Position numbers and translations under genes: made by a program | The notes under the pieces: generated by a model | What the model was told of the DNA's origin: nothing | What the model saw: the letters and a program-made list of their open reading frames with translations, nothing else | Databases searched by the model: none | Shown here: piece after piece, positions 54,120 to 64,000 of the stretch | How positions within the stretch are numbered: position 1 is the first letter of the stretch | Layout of the letters: every line of letters begins with the position of its first letter | From: an uncultured candidate division Zixibacteria bacterium | GTDB lineage: Bacteria > Zixibacteria > MSB-5A5 > UBA10806 | DNA: 64,000 nucleotides | Reading direction: 5' to 3' | Assembly (NCBI GenBank): GCA_963817915.1 | Contig: CAWFQL010000017.1 | Coordinates: forward strand, 512,001-576,000

Positions 54120-55253
54120 ATGACATTTAAACAAATGATGCAGGAAATGCTCAACCATCGCGCTTCAGATTTACATCTGCGTGTCGGATTGCGTCCGACT
54201 GTCAGGGTCGATGGTAAACTTGTTTTTATCGATGACCAGATATTGATGCCTCCGGATATGGAAAAAATATTAGACCAGATTCTCAACGAAGAACAGAAGA
54301 ACCGTTTTCATGCCAAAAGAGAGATGGATCTGGCACTATCGATATCAAAGATGGGTCGATTCAGGATCAATCTCTATAAACAGCGCGGGACTATCGGAGT
54401 CGCGATCAGGCAGGTCAATACCAAAGTCCCCAACTTTGAGGAATTGAATCTTCCCGGTGTAGTAAAGGATATCGCTAATTACAGGCGCGGAATGGTGATT
54501 GTCACCGGAACAACCGGATCAGGCAAGTCAACCTCGTTGGCCGCCATGGTCGAATATATCAATAGCAATAGAGCCGAAAATATTTTAACGATCGAAGACC
54601 CTATCGAATACATTTACCGTGATAAGAAATCGATTATCTCTCAGCGCGAAGTGGGTGGAGATACTGAAACCTTTGCTACAGCGTTAAAATCGGCGTTCAG
54701 GCAGGACCCTGATATCATCCTCATTGGTGAAATTCGAGACGCCGATACCATGGGAATCGCCCTAACAGCGGCCGATACCGGCCACCTTGTTTTGACAACT
54801 CTGCATACCCTCAACGTTGTAGAAACTATTTCGCGAACAATCTCATTTTTCCCTCCCCATCAGCATCAGCAAATCAGGCTCTTGCTCGCAGGCACATTGA
54901 AGGCGGTTCTTTGTCAACGGTTATTGCCAAGGGCCGACGGCCCCGGCCGTGTTCCCGCAGTCGAGGCTATGGTCTCAACCGCATCGATCCGCGAAGCCAT
55001 CACTGACCCAATGAAGACATCAACAATTCTCGATCTGGTCGAGCAGGGACAGATTCAGTACGGCATGCAGAGTTTCGATCAATCGATCATGAAGCTCTAT
55101 CGCTCGGGACATATCAGCTTCGAGGAAGCTATGAGCCAATGCTCCAACCCCGATGATTTCGATTTGCGAGTTAAAGGTATTACATCTGCATCCGATCGCG
55201 GCTGGAAGGAATTCGAAGGTCAGACGAATACCAAGACCGACGCTGGATTTTAG
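54120..55253 (+). CDS. pilT: Type IV pilus retraction ATPase (PilT/PilU family)
   Basis: ASDLHL, GTTGSGKST, TIEDPIE, RQDPD...GEIRD, TGHLV.TTLH, GMQSFDQ. Confidence 0.9.
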   Translation: MTFKQMMQEMLNHRASDLHLRVGLRPTVRVDGKLVFIDDQILMPPDMEKILDQILNEEQKNRFHAKREMDLALSISKMGRFRINLYKQRGTIGVAIRQVNTKVPNFEELNLPGVVKDIANYRRGMVIVTGTTGSGKSTSLAAMVEYINSNRAENILTIEDPIEYIYRDKKSIISQREVGGDTETFATALKSAFRQDPDIILIGEIRDADTMGIALTAADTGHLVLTTLHTLNVVETISRTISFFPPHQHQQIRLLLAGTLKAVLCQRLLPRADGPGRVPAVEAMVSTASIREAITDPMKTSTILDLVEQGQIQYGMQSFDQSIMKLYRSGHISFEEAMSQCSNPDDFDLRVKGITSASDRGWKEFEGQTNTKTDAGF

Positions 55254-55280
55254 CCAATAATAATTTATAGATTTTTGAAT

Positions 55281-55305
55281 GGCCGGTTTTCACCGGCCTT
55301 TTTTT
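55281..55305 (+). terminator. Rho-independent terminator
   Basis: GGCCGGT-TTTC-ACCGGCC followed by T7. Confidence 0.7.
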
Positions 55306-55399
55306 ATTTGAAATTCCCGCCACATTTTGTTGGAGAATAGAGTTTAAATATGAGATTTTAAAATTGAGGGAAACAAGTTGTTTAACTGAGGATTTGCGC

Positions 55400-55428
55400 T
55401 TGACATTAATTACTATGAAAACTATTAT
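55400..55428 (+). promoter_or_regulatory. Sigma70-type promoter of the metal-transport operon
   Basis: TTGACA-N17-TATTAT. Confidence 0.65.
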
Positions 55429-55532
55429 CGCCCTGCTTTGCCGCACCATAATTTTGATTGATTGGTGCGGTGGCAGTCAAAGGGGCAGAGGTATTTTCGA
55501 TGTGATAATTTCATCGGATTAAGGTTTATTTC

Positions 55533-56843
55533 GTGTATTGGATTAGTAAATCAATTCATCGGCTCAATCGATTTAATCGACGCTTTTTTATTCTATTGGC
55601 AGTGATCGGCCCGGGCGTCATTACCATGATCGCAGATAATGACGCCGGCGGCATTTCCACTTATTCGGTCACCGGCTCGAAATACGGCTTTAATCTGCTC
55701 TGGGTGTTTTTCCTTCTAATCCCGATGGCTTACTTTGTGCAGGAGATGACTGTCCGTCTCGGGGCTGTCACCAAACGAGGCCACGCCGAAGCGATATTCG
55801 ATGGATTCGGCAAATTCTGGGGATGGTTTTCAATATTTGATTTATCGGTAGTCAATTGGCTGACTCTAATAACTGAATATATTGGCATGACCGCTGCCAT
55901 GTCGATATTCGGAGTCCCGCCGTTAATCACCTGCATTTTTGTGACCGCGATATTGATGATTGTAGTAGTTTCAGGGAAATACTGGACATTCGAGAAATTA
56001 ACCTTAGCTTTCTGCGCTTTCAATTTGGTGTATATACCGGCGGCGATCTGGGCAATGAATGCACCATCGGCACCAGCATGGGGAGAGGTAGCAAAAGGCT
56101 TCTATAATCCTGTATTTCCAAGCGGACTTACCGGTGATTTGATATTTATAATCATGGCCAATATCGGCACGACTATAACGCCTTGGCAGATCTTCTTTCA
56201 GCAAAGCGCTGTTGTTGATAAGGGAATGGATATTCGAGATATCAAGTACGGCAAGATCGATACATTTGCCGGTTCCTTTTTTACCGGAGTAGTTGCAGTT
56301 TTTATTATAATCGCGACCGGCGCCGCCTTTTATTATCACAATCCTCCAATCGTAGTACAGGATGCCGCTCAGACCGCCAACGCTCTCGTACCATTATTGC
56401 CTCATGGCGAAGGACAATGGGCGCGAATATTATTCGGCATAGGTCTATTCGACGCCGGATTTCTCGGAGCATTATGTATATCTCTTTCTACATCATGGGC
56501 TGTCGGCGAGGTTTTCGGCTGGGCACATTCACTGAATAAAGGTGTTAAGGATGCCCCCTGGTTTTATGTCATATACTTCCTGACATTGGCAACCGCTGCA
56601 ATTGTCGTATTGATTCCTGGCGCGCCATTAATTACAATAACCATGTTTGTGCAGGTAGTGGCGGTGACTCTCCTGCCGGCAGCTTTGATGTTTTTGATTC
56701 TCTTGCTTAACGATAAACAACTCATGGGACAATATGTGAATACCCGCACCCAGAATATCGCGAACTGGAGCATTGTAATCTTTGTTATTCTAATGTCAAC
56801 TGTATTCGCAGTCTCGGTGCTTTTCCCGGGGCTTTTCGCATAG
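55533..56843 (+). CDS. NRAMP-related divalent metal (probably Mg2+) transporter
   Basis: GPG, DNDAGG (instead of the MntH DPGN), QEMTVRLG, GTTITPWQIFFQQS. Confidence 0.88.
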   Translation: MYWISKSIHRLNRFNRRFFILLAVIGPGVITMIADNDAGGISTYSVTGSKYGFNLLWVFFLLIPMAYFVQEMTVRLGAVTKRGHAEAIFDGFGKFWGWFSIFDLSVVNWLTLITEYIGMTAAMSIFGVPPLITCIFVTAILMIVVVSGKYWTFEKLTLAFCAFNLVYIPAAIWAMNAPSAPAWGEVAKGFYNPVFPSGLTGDLIFIIMANIGTTITPWQIFFQQSAVVDKGMDIRDIKYGKIDTFAGSFFTGVVAVFIIIATGAAFYYHNPPIVVQDAAQTANALVPLLPHGEGQWARILFGIGLFDAGFLGALCISLSTSWAVGEVFGWAHSLNKGVKDAPWFYVIYFLTLATAAIVVLIPGAPLITITMFVQVVAVTLLPAALMFLILLLNDKQLMGQYVNTRTQNIANWSIVIFVILMSTVFAVSVLFPGLFA

Positions 56844-56853
56844 GATTTTAAAG

Positions 56854-58143
56854 ATGAATTCACCGGCCAATCCAATTTCCCAGACCGATCCAAGAGCGGA
56901 AGGTAAAGACTACCGATTTCTTTTCTTCTCGGAGCTCTTGGGGCGAAAAGTCTATGTCGGCAAGATCGACAATAAGATCGGCGCAATTAATGATATCGTA
57001 TTTAATCTAAGCGAGCACTACCCCGAGGCGGTCGGAATATATATGGAATTCGGTTGGGGTCAGCCCACCCAATTTATACCGTGGGAGAATGTTGTCAAAA
57101 TCGAAGACGATGCCGTTTTCGTCAAGCCGCCCGAAAGCGAAAAGTATCCGCCGTTTGTCGATCAAAAAGGCTGGATACTAATCGACCAGCATCTCATGGG
57201 TCGCACGATCCTTGATCTCGATGGAAGAAAAATCGAAGTTGTCAATGATGTTCATCTACTCGAATCAAAGGGCCGTATGATTATCGTCCATGTCGATGTC
57301 TCATTCAATGGCTTTCTGCGCAAATGGCATCTGGGCAGATTGCATTTGGTGAAAGATCGATTGATATCATGGAAATATGTCCAGCCGCTGTCGTTGGAAG
57401 ATGCTTCGGCGGGCGATACCGTATCGCTTTCACAGACCAAACAGATGGTTAAGAATCTCCCCAGCGAGGACCTGGCCGACGCTCTGGAGCAGCTTAGTGG
57501 ACGAGAACAGCAGGCGTTCTTCTCCGCGCTCGATAGCGAAACCGCCGCCGATGCCCTGGTCGAGGCCGAACCCAGAGCTCAAAGACAGATTATCGCCAGC
57601 CTCCGTTCAGAGAGAGCCAGAACGATTCTTTCCGAAATGTCGGTTCCGCAATTGGCCGATCTATTCTCGGTGTTGCCGCGTGAGCATATAATCGGAATGA
57701 TGGCGCTATTGCCCGCAGATATTGTCGAAAGAATCAATACCATATTGGCGGAACGAGAAGGCAACGCCAGCGCGCTGGTTTCCACTGAATATGTGGTTGC
57801 GTATCCCAATGACAAGGTCGGCGATATCGTGTCGAAGGTTCGAAAATCGGGATTGGATCACGAGATTATTTCATACATCTATATCATAAATGAAGAGAAT
57901 CGAGCGTTGGTGGGAGTCGTGGATATTCGTGAATTGATAGTCGCACCGGATGAGGCCGCTATCGGCAATATCATGACGACATCTCTTGTCACGGCCGAGG
58001 CCGATGATACGCGCGAAGACCTCGCCGATCTTTTCGCGAAATATCATTTTCGAATGATCCCGGTAGTATCCGATGACCAATTGCTCGGTGTTGTATATTA
58101 TAAAGATATTATGAAGGGTCTGATAACCAGAGCCAAGACTTGA
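56854..58143 (+). CDS. PRC-barrel / MgtE-N / CBS-domain protein (soluble part only)
   Basis: SELLGRKV, DLDGRK..VVND, DLADALEQL, AADALVE, CBS pair. Confidence 0.85.
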   Translation: MNSPANPISQTDPRAEGKDYRFLFFSELLGRKVYVGKIDNKIGAINDIVFNLSEHYPEAVGIYMEFGWGQPTQFIPWENVVKIEDDAVFVKPPESEKYPPFVDQKGWILIDQHLMGRTILDLDGRKIEVVNDVHLLESKGRMIIVHVDVSFNGFLRKWHLGRLHLVKDRLISWKYVQPLSLEDASAGDTVSLSQTKQMVKNLPSEDLADALEQLSGREQQAFFSALDSETAADALVEAEPRAQRQIIASLRSERARTILSEMSVPQLADLFSVLPREHIIGMMALLPADIVERINTILAEREGNASALVSTEYVVAYPNDKVGDIVSKVRKSGLDHEIISYIYIINEENRALVGVVDIRELIVAPDEAAIGNIMTTSLVTAEADDTREDLADLFAKYHFRMIPVVSDDQLLGVVYYKDIMKGLITRAKT

Positions 58144-58150
58144 GCTGATT

Positions 58151-58270
58151 ATGCCGCGCGTAGAGATGACAAAGACCGTCAAGGTAGCCTTATTTTCGCT
58201 TCGAATATATCTGATATTAATGCTCTTGCTTATTGTTTTCAAATTCCTCAAGATAATCAAAATCGGCTGA
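58151..58270 (+). CDS. Small single-TM protein (39 aa), not in the ORF track
   Basis: MPRVEMTKTVKVALFSLRIYLILMLLLIVFKFLKIIKIG, 7 nt after the upstream stop. Confidence 0.65.
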   Translation: MPRVEMTKTVKVALFSLRIYLILMLLLIVFKFLKIIKIG

Positions 58271-58285
58271 TACTTTTTGCGAGTC

Positions 58286-58352
58286 GTAGGGTGGAACGCC
58301 CGTGGTTCCGCCCATAACAAGCTTGTCATTCCGCACTTGATGCGGAATCCAG
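58286..58352. repeat. REP-like elements
   Basis: GTAGGGTGGAAC..GTTCCGCCC; GCTTGTCATTCCGCACT shared with 22536. Confidence 0.7.
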
Positions 58353-58442
58353 CAAGTAGGACAGGAATAGATGGCCATGCCGGATATTCAAAAATAAATA
58401 ATCCTTGACACATTTTATAGTATTGTATATCTATATTATCAA

Positions 58443-59492
58443 ATGATTAAAAGATACCTTATGCTTGTTGCATTTGCTGTATTCATTGCTTCCGTAGTAT
58501 TAAATTATCATGTGGTAGCCGCATATAGCGACGGTGTAACAAATACAACTTATGATGCTGTTTATAATAAATCAGGGGATTTTAATACCCAATACGGCGA
58601 ATGGCTTAGATATTATTATACATTTCCCCCGGGTCAAATAGAGCCGCCCGGTGATCTGCCAGGTTTATATAATCACCCTGTCGGCGAAAATCCGTTACCA
58701 TTATGGGGAAATTTTACAGTACGAAAGATATACCATGATGACTTAATTCATCCGCCTTATCCTCTATTAACAGTGGGCGCTGGATCAATTTTATTAAACG
58801 GTAATTTAGAATATTCTTCGGATGGTGCTGATTCCTTTAGAACTGTGGTAGCGCCTTGGGACCGGGACTATATGATGTTTCTAAAGATGTTTGCGAGCGA
58901 AAAATTGGGGAATCGTTATTTATATCCTGCTATTGATATTCCCGGCGAGAGTCTTGAGAGATCATCCAATAAAAAGGCTCCGGGTGATTATATGGTTGAA
59001 ACATCTACTTTATCCCCAATTGTATCCTTGGATATGGCTGATAATAAATGGTTTGATAATTGTCTCAAGACGATATTGACTCCAAATTATTACGATAGAA
59101 ATATCAGTGGCTTTATTAAAAAATATGATGATGTGTTAGGTGATTCTTCGAGACATGAGTTTTATGGCAAATACCAATTTAATGGTATTAAATTTTCTAC
59201 AGGCGGCTGGTTCGGGAAATTTACGGATATCGGTGTTTATTCTAATTATAGCAGCGTAGTTGAGTTTTTAAAGCTAGCTCGCCAATACTTTCAACTGCCC
59301 GAAATATCGCAGGACAAGGTCGATATCTATAATGAAGGTGATGATTTTTTCTATTCCGTTCTTGACCGAGATAATATGTTTTGGCTAAGAGGTTATAATG
59401 TTGTGCTTGATAATCAAAACGATTTAAAAGATATGATTAAAACCAATATTATCCAACTGGCTAAATACTATGACAAGGATTTTGTGCCATGA
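58443..59492 (+). CDS. Hypothetical exported protein (AT-rich, Tyr/Asp-rich)
   Basis: N-terminal hydrophobic signal; 349-aa intact ORF; no motif recognised. Confidence 0.75.
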   Translation: MIKRYLMLVAFAVFIASVVLNYHVVAAYSDGVTNTTYDAVYNKSGDFNTQYGEWLRYYYTFPPGQIEPPGDLPGLYNHPVGENPLPLWGNFTVRKIYHDDLIHPPYPLLTVGAGSILLNGNLEYSSDGADSFRTVVAPWDRDYMMFLKMFASEKLGNRYLYPAIDIPGESLERSSNKKAPGDYMVETSTLSPIVSLDMADNKWFDNCLKTILTPNYYDRNISGFIKKYDDVLGDSSRHEFYGKYQFNGIKFSTGGWFGKFTDIGVYSNYSSVVEFLKLARQYFQLPEISQDKVDIYNEGDDFFYSVLDRDNMFWLRGYNVVLDNQNDLKDMIKTNIIQLAKYYDKDFVP

Positions 59493-60229
59493 GATACTTA
59501 TTGGCACTGATTGCATTGCTGATATGCTTTAATATCGCTTCCGCTGAACGATTCGTTTATTGGCTTTCTCCGAACCTTCCTATCCCCCCTGATACTACGG
59601 TTGGAGTTAGAGACACGATGTTTATACCGGATAGCATCCTTATAGAGGATTTGAATGTTTATATAGGTATTGACGCTCAAGGTTGGGGCGATCTTCTTGT
59701 AATCCCCATAAAATCGCCTTGGCATCATCAAGTATTTTTGGCTAATAGAAATCTGGATCGCCCCTATTTTAATATCTGGTTTGACACGCAAACCGAGGAA
59801 GACGGCCCCGGTCAATTGGAAGATTATAATGGGCATTATTCTAACGGCAACTGGATTATTAATCCCTCCCAACCTATGGGCCATTTTGATTTTATCTTTT
59901 CGACATGGGCCATCGAGATTTATGGCCAGCTAATGACAGATGTCAAAGATGAAATAAATCAACCGCTCAAATTCGGCATATCGTCCGGCTATCCGAATCC
60001 ATTCAATGACAAAACTCAAATCAAATTTTCCCTTAAAGATCCGGGTCAAACGACACTGAAAATCTATAATATTATCGGGCAGGAAGTTTGCACGCTATTA
60101 GATGGCCAACTTCAGCCAGGTACCCATTTCATTGATTGGGATGCCTCCGGGTTAGCTTCCGGCGTATATTTGTTCGTCTTGAAATCATCAGATCAAGATT
60201 CCCATCTCCGCCTTACGCTGTTAAAATAA
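59489..60229 (+). CDS. Secreted proprotein-convertase P-domain-like protein with a C-terminal sorting domain
   Basis: Signal ..ASA; IPD..IEDLNVYIGI..GDL.I...SP, G..SNGNW; YPNPFN..ASGVY..LTLLK. Confidence 0.75.
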   Translation: MRYLLALIALLICFNIASAERFVYWLSPNLPIPPDTTVGVRDTMFIPDSILIEDLNVYIGIDAQGWGDLLVIPIKSPWHHQVFLANRNLDRPYFNIWFDTQTEEDGPGQLEDYNGHYSNGNWIINPSQPMGHFDFIFSTWAIEIYGQLMTDVKDEINQPLKFGISSGYPNPFNDKTQIKFSLKDPGQTTLKIYNIIGQEVCTLLDGQLQPGTHFIDWDASGLASGVYLFVLKSSDQDSHLRLTLLK

Positions 60230-60373
60230 AGACTATTATTATTCTTCAAAACAGCAGGGTGAAATCCGCCGCTGACCGGTGGTTTTAGAGATTTAACTTA
60301 AATTCCAGTTGATAATCAACCCCGAAATACTATATTAACTGGCTGAATTGAGGAATAATGATTGGGGGATTTT

Positions 60374-61774
60374 TTGTTCAATAAAATTCTAATAGCTAAT
60401 CGAGGCGAAATCGCCCTCAGAATAATCCGTACATGCCGTGAAATGGGCATAAAGACCGTCGCGGTCTATTCCTCGGCTGATATCAACTCCTTGCATGTCC
60501 GTTTTGCCGATGAAAATGTCTGTATCGGCCCGCCCCCGCCCGGCGAAAGCTATCTCGATCCCAGGCGGATTATCTCAGCTGCCGAAATTACTAATGCCGA
60601 TGCTATCCATCCGGGATATGGCTTTTTGGCCGAAAATCCCGATTTCGCGGAAATCTGCCAATCCTGCCAATTGACATTCATAGGGCCCCATCAGGATGTT
60701 ATTCGAGCTCTGGGCGATAAGTCGTTGGCCAAAAAGACTATGGCAAGCGCCGGAGTCCCTGTAATTCCCGGCGCGCATGGCGTAATACCCGATTTCAAGG
60801 CCGCCGAAGAGGCTGCCGAGAAGACCGGATATCCGATCATGATAAAAGCCGCTGCCGGTGGCGGTGGACGAGGCATGCGGCTGGTCAATTCAGCCGCGGA
60901 CTTGAAAAAGCATTTTCGATATGGCCAGATCCGAGGCCAGCGCGTCCTTTGGCAATCCCAGATGTTTATATCGAGAAATTTATCGATAAGCCGCGCCATG
61001 TCGAGATTCAAATTATGGCGGATTCTTTCGGCAATGTGATCCACCTTGGCGAGAGAGATTGCACTGTCCAGAGACGCCATCAGAAGCTTATCGAAGAATC
61101 GCCATCGCCCATAATGACAGCTCCATTGCGTGAACAAATGGGATCGGCCGCAGTGGCAGGCGCCAAGGCCGCCGGTTATGTCGGCGCATGCACATTTGAA
61201 TTTTTAGTTGATCCCGATGGCAACTACTATTTTATGGAAGTCAATACTCGAATCCAGGTCGAGCATCCTGTAACCGAGCAGGTAACCGGTCTGGATTTAA
61301 TCAAAGAACAGATAAGAGTCGCGGCAGGGGAGAAACTCGAGTTCGCGCAAAAGGATATCACATTCAGCGGCCACACTATCGAATGCCGCATCAACGCCGA
61401 AAATCCCGAGAAGAACTTCGCTCCTTCTCCCGGCAAGATTAATATGCTGGTGCTTCCCGGCGGATTCGGTGTACGAGTCGATACTCATGCCTATAGCGGA
61501 TATGTGATTCCGCCCAATTACGATTCCCTGATTGCGAAACTGATTGTTACCGGCAAGAATCGATTGGACGCAATTAATCGGAAACTAAACGCATGCCTCG
61601 ATGAATTTGTAATCGAAGGCATCCATACTACCAAGGATTTTTATAAACGTGTATTTAATGATAGCAACTTTGTTTTGGGACGATACGATAATTCCTTTGT
61701 GGAAAAACTTCATAGCGTCGGAAACAGCGGGTTTAGAGTCGGAAGAAGGCCAGTTGGCCAAGGAGGAAATGTGA
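60374..61774 (+). CDS. accC: Biotin carboxylase (frameshifts near 60915, 60958 and 61705)
   Basis: [46 protein letters not shown]. Confidence 0.93.
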
Positions 61775-62148
61775 TTCCCGATGATTTAAAATATACCAAA
61801 GAACATGAGTGGGTAAAAGTTCAGGGACAAACAGCAACTGTCGGTATCACCGATTTCGCGTCAGGCGAGCTTGGTGATATCGTTTATGTCGAGTTGCCCA
61901 AGGTCGGCTTCAAGGCACAACAAATGAAACCATTCGGAACAATCGAGGCGGTGAAAGCCATATCGGATCTTTTCAGCCCCGTGTCCGGAGAAATTACCGA
62001 AGTCAATTCCGGCCTAGCGGATGACGCATCTGTTATCAATAAAGACCCCTATGGCGGTGGATGGATTATCAAATTAAAATTATCATCGCCGAAGGAATTG
62101 GATTCATTGCTCTCGGCGGCTGATTATAAGGCACTGTTGGGAAAGTAA
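61771..62148 (+). CDS. gcvH: Glycine cleavage system H protein
   Basis: Own SD AAGGAGG + [18 protein letters not shown] lipoyl motif, DPYGGGW. Confidence 0.93.
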   Translation: MIPDDLKYTKEHEWVKVQGQTATVGITDFASGELGDIVYVELPKVGFKAQQMKPFGTIEAVKAISDLFSPVSGEITEVNSGLADDASVINKDPYGGGWIIKLKLSSPKELDSLLSAADYKALLGK

Positions 62149-63477
62149 TGAGTTACATTCCAAATTCGCGGGAAATCCGCAAGAAGATGCTCGATGAAAT
62201 CGGCGTGTCGGATTTCGATGAGCTAATTAAATCAGTCCCTGCCAGTCTGCGGCTTCAACGTCCGCTAAATTTGCCCAGAGCTCTTTCCGAGCCCGAGCTT
62301 GAAGACGAATTGAACAATCTTGCCGGAATGAATACGTCTGCCAAATCGAGCTTTGCGGGCGGCGGCGCGTATGATCATTTCTCGCCGGCGGCAGTAGATC
62401 ATATTATTCAACGGCCGGAATTTTTTACGGCATATACTCCATATCAGGCCGAGGTCGCGCAGGGGACTCTGCAATCGATCTATGAATTCCAGACATTCAT
62501 CAGCCGTCTGACCGGGATGCCGGTTACCAACGCCTCTATGTACGATGGCGCGACCGCATTGGCCGAGGCGATAATGATGGCATTGGCGCATACCGGACGA
62601 AAAGAAGTTCTGATCTCAGGTGGAGTCAATCCGACATTATATTGAAACCGTCAAAACCTATCTTGCCGGACAAAACTGCAAGATTAAAATAATATCCTCG
62701 AATGGTGTTACTGATTACAAGGATTTCAAAGCCAAGCTTTCTATCGAAGACGGCGGCCGTTGTTATGCAGAGCCCTAATTTCTATGGCCAGATCGACAAG
62801 ATAAATGAATTTACCGGTGATACCAAAGAGGCCGGCGCGCTTTTCATTCATGTATACGATCCGTTGTCCTTGGGAATACTTGCTTCGTCCGGGAGATTAC
62901 GGTGTTGATGTGGCTGTGGCAGAAGGTCAGCCATTGGGACTGCCGTTGAATTTCGGTGGTCCTTTTCTTGGATTGCTTTCCGCTCGCAAGCGAATTTATT
63001 CGCCGGATACCGGGACGACTTTCCGGCAGAACTAAAGACAAAAATGGCAATCAGGGTTTCGTTCTGACTCTTCAGACACGTGAACAGCATATCCGCCGTG
63101 AACGAGCCACATCGAATATCTGCACCAATCAGGCGTTATGTGCGCTTGCCGCGACAGTATATTTATCGCTTCTCGGCAAGTCGGGACTTGAAAAGGTCGG
63201 CAAACTTTGCCTATCCAAATCCCATTACGCCGCCGAGCAAATTTCGAAAATCAACGGATTCTCGTTGAAATATAAAGGTCCGTTTTTTAAAGAGTTTGTT
63301 ATCGAAACCCCAGTTGCCCCGCAACGCTTGATTACCAAGCTGCTCAAATCGGGAATCAATCCCGGTATCGATATGAGCAAATTCAAACTCAAGGGCTGTC
63401 TTATGATAGCCGTCACTGAAAAACGAACTAAAGAACAGATCGATAACCTGGTATTTGAACTTTCGAAGGCTGTTTAA
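62148..63477 (+). CDS. gcvPA: Glycine dehydrogenase subunit 1 (several frameshifts)
   Basis: [54 protein letters not shown]. Confidence 0.92.
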
Positions 63478-63482
63478 ATTCG

Positions 63483-63763
63483 ATGCTTTTCAATAAGACA
63501 AAGAAGATTTCCGAAGACGTTTCCGAAGAACTTATCGCTGATTCTGACTACTCGAAGTCAGATTTATCTGGATATGGTCAAAGCAGCGTTGGAGGAGGAA
63601 AATATTCCTGTTTTACTGAAATCTATAACTGGTTACCATAATCGCGGCATGTTGCCATTTGAACAAGGTTTCTTCGATTATAGGCTCTATGTTGTTAAGC
63701 AATTTGAACAGACGAGGCCGGGAAATTGTCGAGACGATAGTTCCACCGGAGGAGATTTTATGA
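63483..63763 (+). CDS. DUF2007-like small protein (frameshifted)
   Basis: MVKAALEEENIPV...RLYV; reconstructed end ..EIVETIVPPEEIL*. Confidence 0.5.
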
Positions 63764-64000
63764 AATATATGATGAAATTTACAGTATTTACATTAATACT
63801 TATCGCGCTTAGTTGCAGCACACAGAAAAGACCTATTCCAACGAAAATTGAATTCAAAGACTAATTTCGAGGCTGCCAAGGCATTGGCATTGGAAACCAA
63901 TCGGCCAATGATAATCGATTTCTATACCGATTGGTGCAAATGGTGCAAGACTCTTGATACCCTCACATATAAAGACTCACTTGTAATCGGTTTGTCATTG
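63760..64000 (+). CDS. Thioredoxin-like lipoprotein (3'-partial, frameshift near 63859)
   Basis: GGAGGAG SD; lipobox ALSC; IDFYTDWCKWCKTLD in the shifted frame. Confidence 0.75.

Noticed and set aside
60949..62148. Apparent AccC-GcvH fusion protein
   Set aside because: gcvH has its own SD and GTG at 61771; removing one A from the run at 61703-61707 ends accC at a TGA overlapping that GTG. The region is rich in indels

Overview
Bacterial chromosomal window, mostly housekeeping genes: tal, purB/purS/purQ, psd-pssA, an Rrf2-iscS-iscU operon, the ffh-rpsP-khpA-rimM-trmD-rplS-rnhB operon, RNase P RNA, recJ, PBP1A, tyrS, prfB, pta, rlmN, hrcA-grpE...dnaK, GH57 branching enzyme, split hldE, pepP, accB/accC, pilT, gcvH/gcvPA. 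Three secreted proteins ending in YPNPFN-type sorting domains suggest an FCB-group organism such as candidate division Zixibacteria (inference). Features the ORF track misses or mis-calls: rnpB, a SelW/Rdx-family selenoprotein (CxxU with a SECIS-like hairpin), the programmed +1 frameshift of prfB, a 39-aa membrane protein after the NRAMP/MgtE-N pair, and a thioredoxin lipoprotein at the right edge. Most notable: (1) an IscS with Asn in place of the PLP-binding lysine; (2) the hidden selenoprotein inside the chaperone locus; (3) about a dozen intergenic sites carrying REP/REPIN-like palindromes of several families. These nest inside each other, share small hairpin modules, bracket two single genes as direct repeats, and often precede accessory genes; one abuts a stranded copy of a sorting-domain 3' end. 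No cognate transposase is in the window. Many single-base frameshifts, denser towards the right end, are most likely assembly errors.
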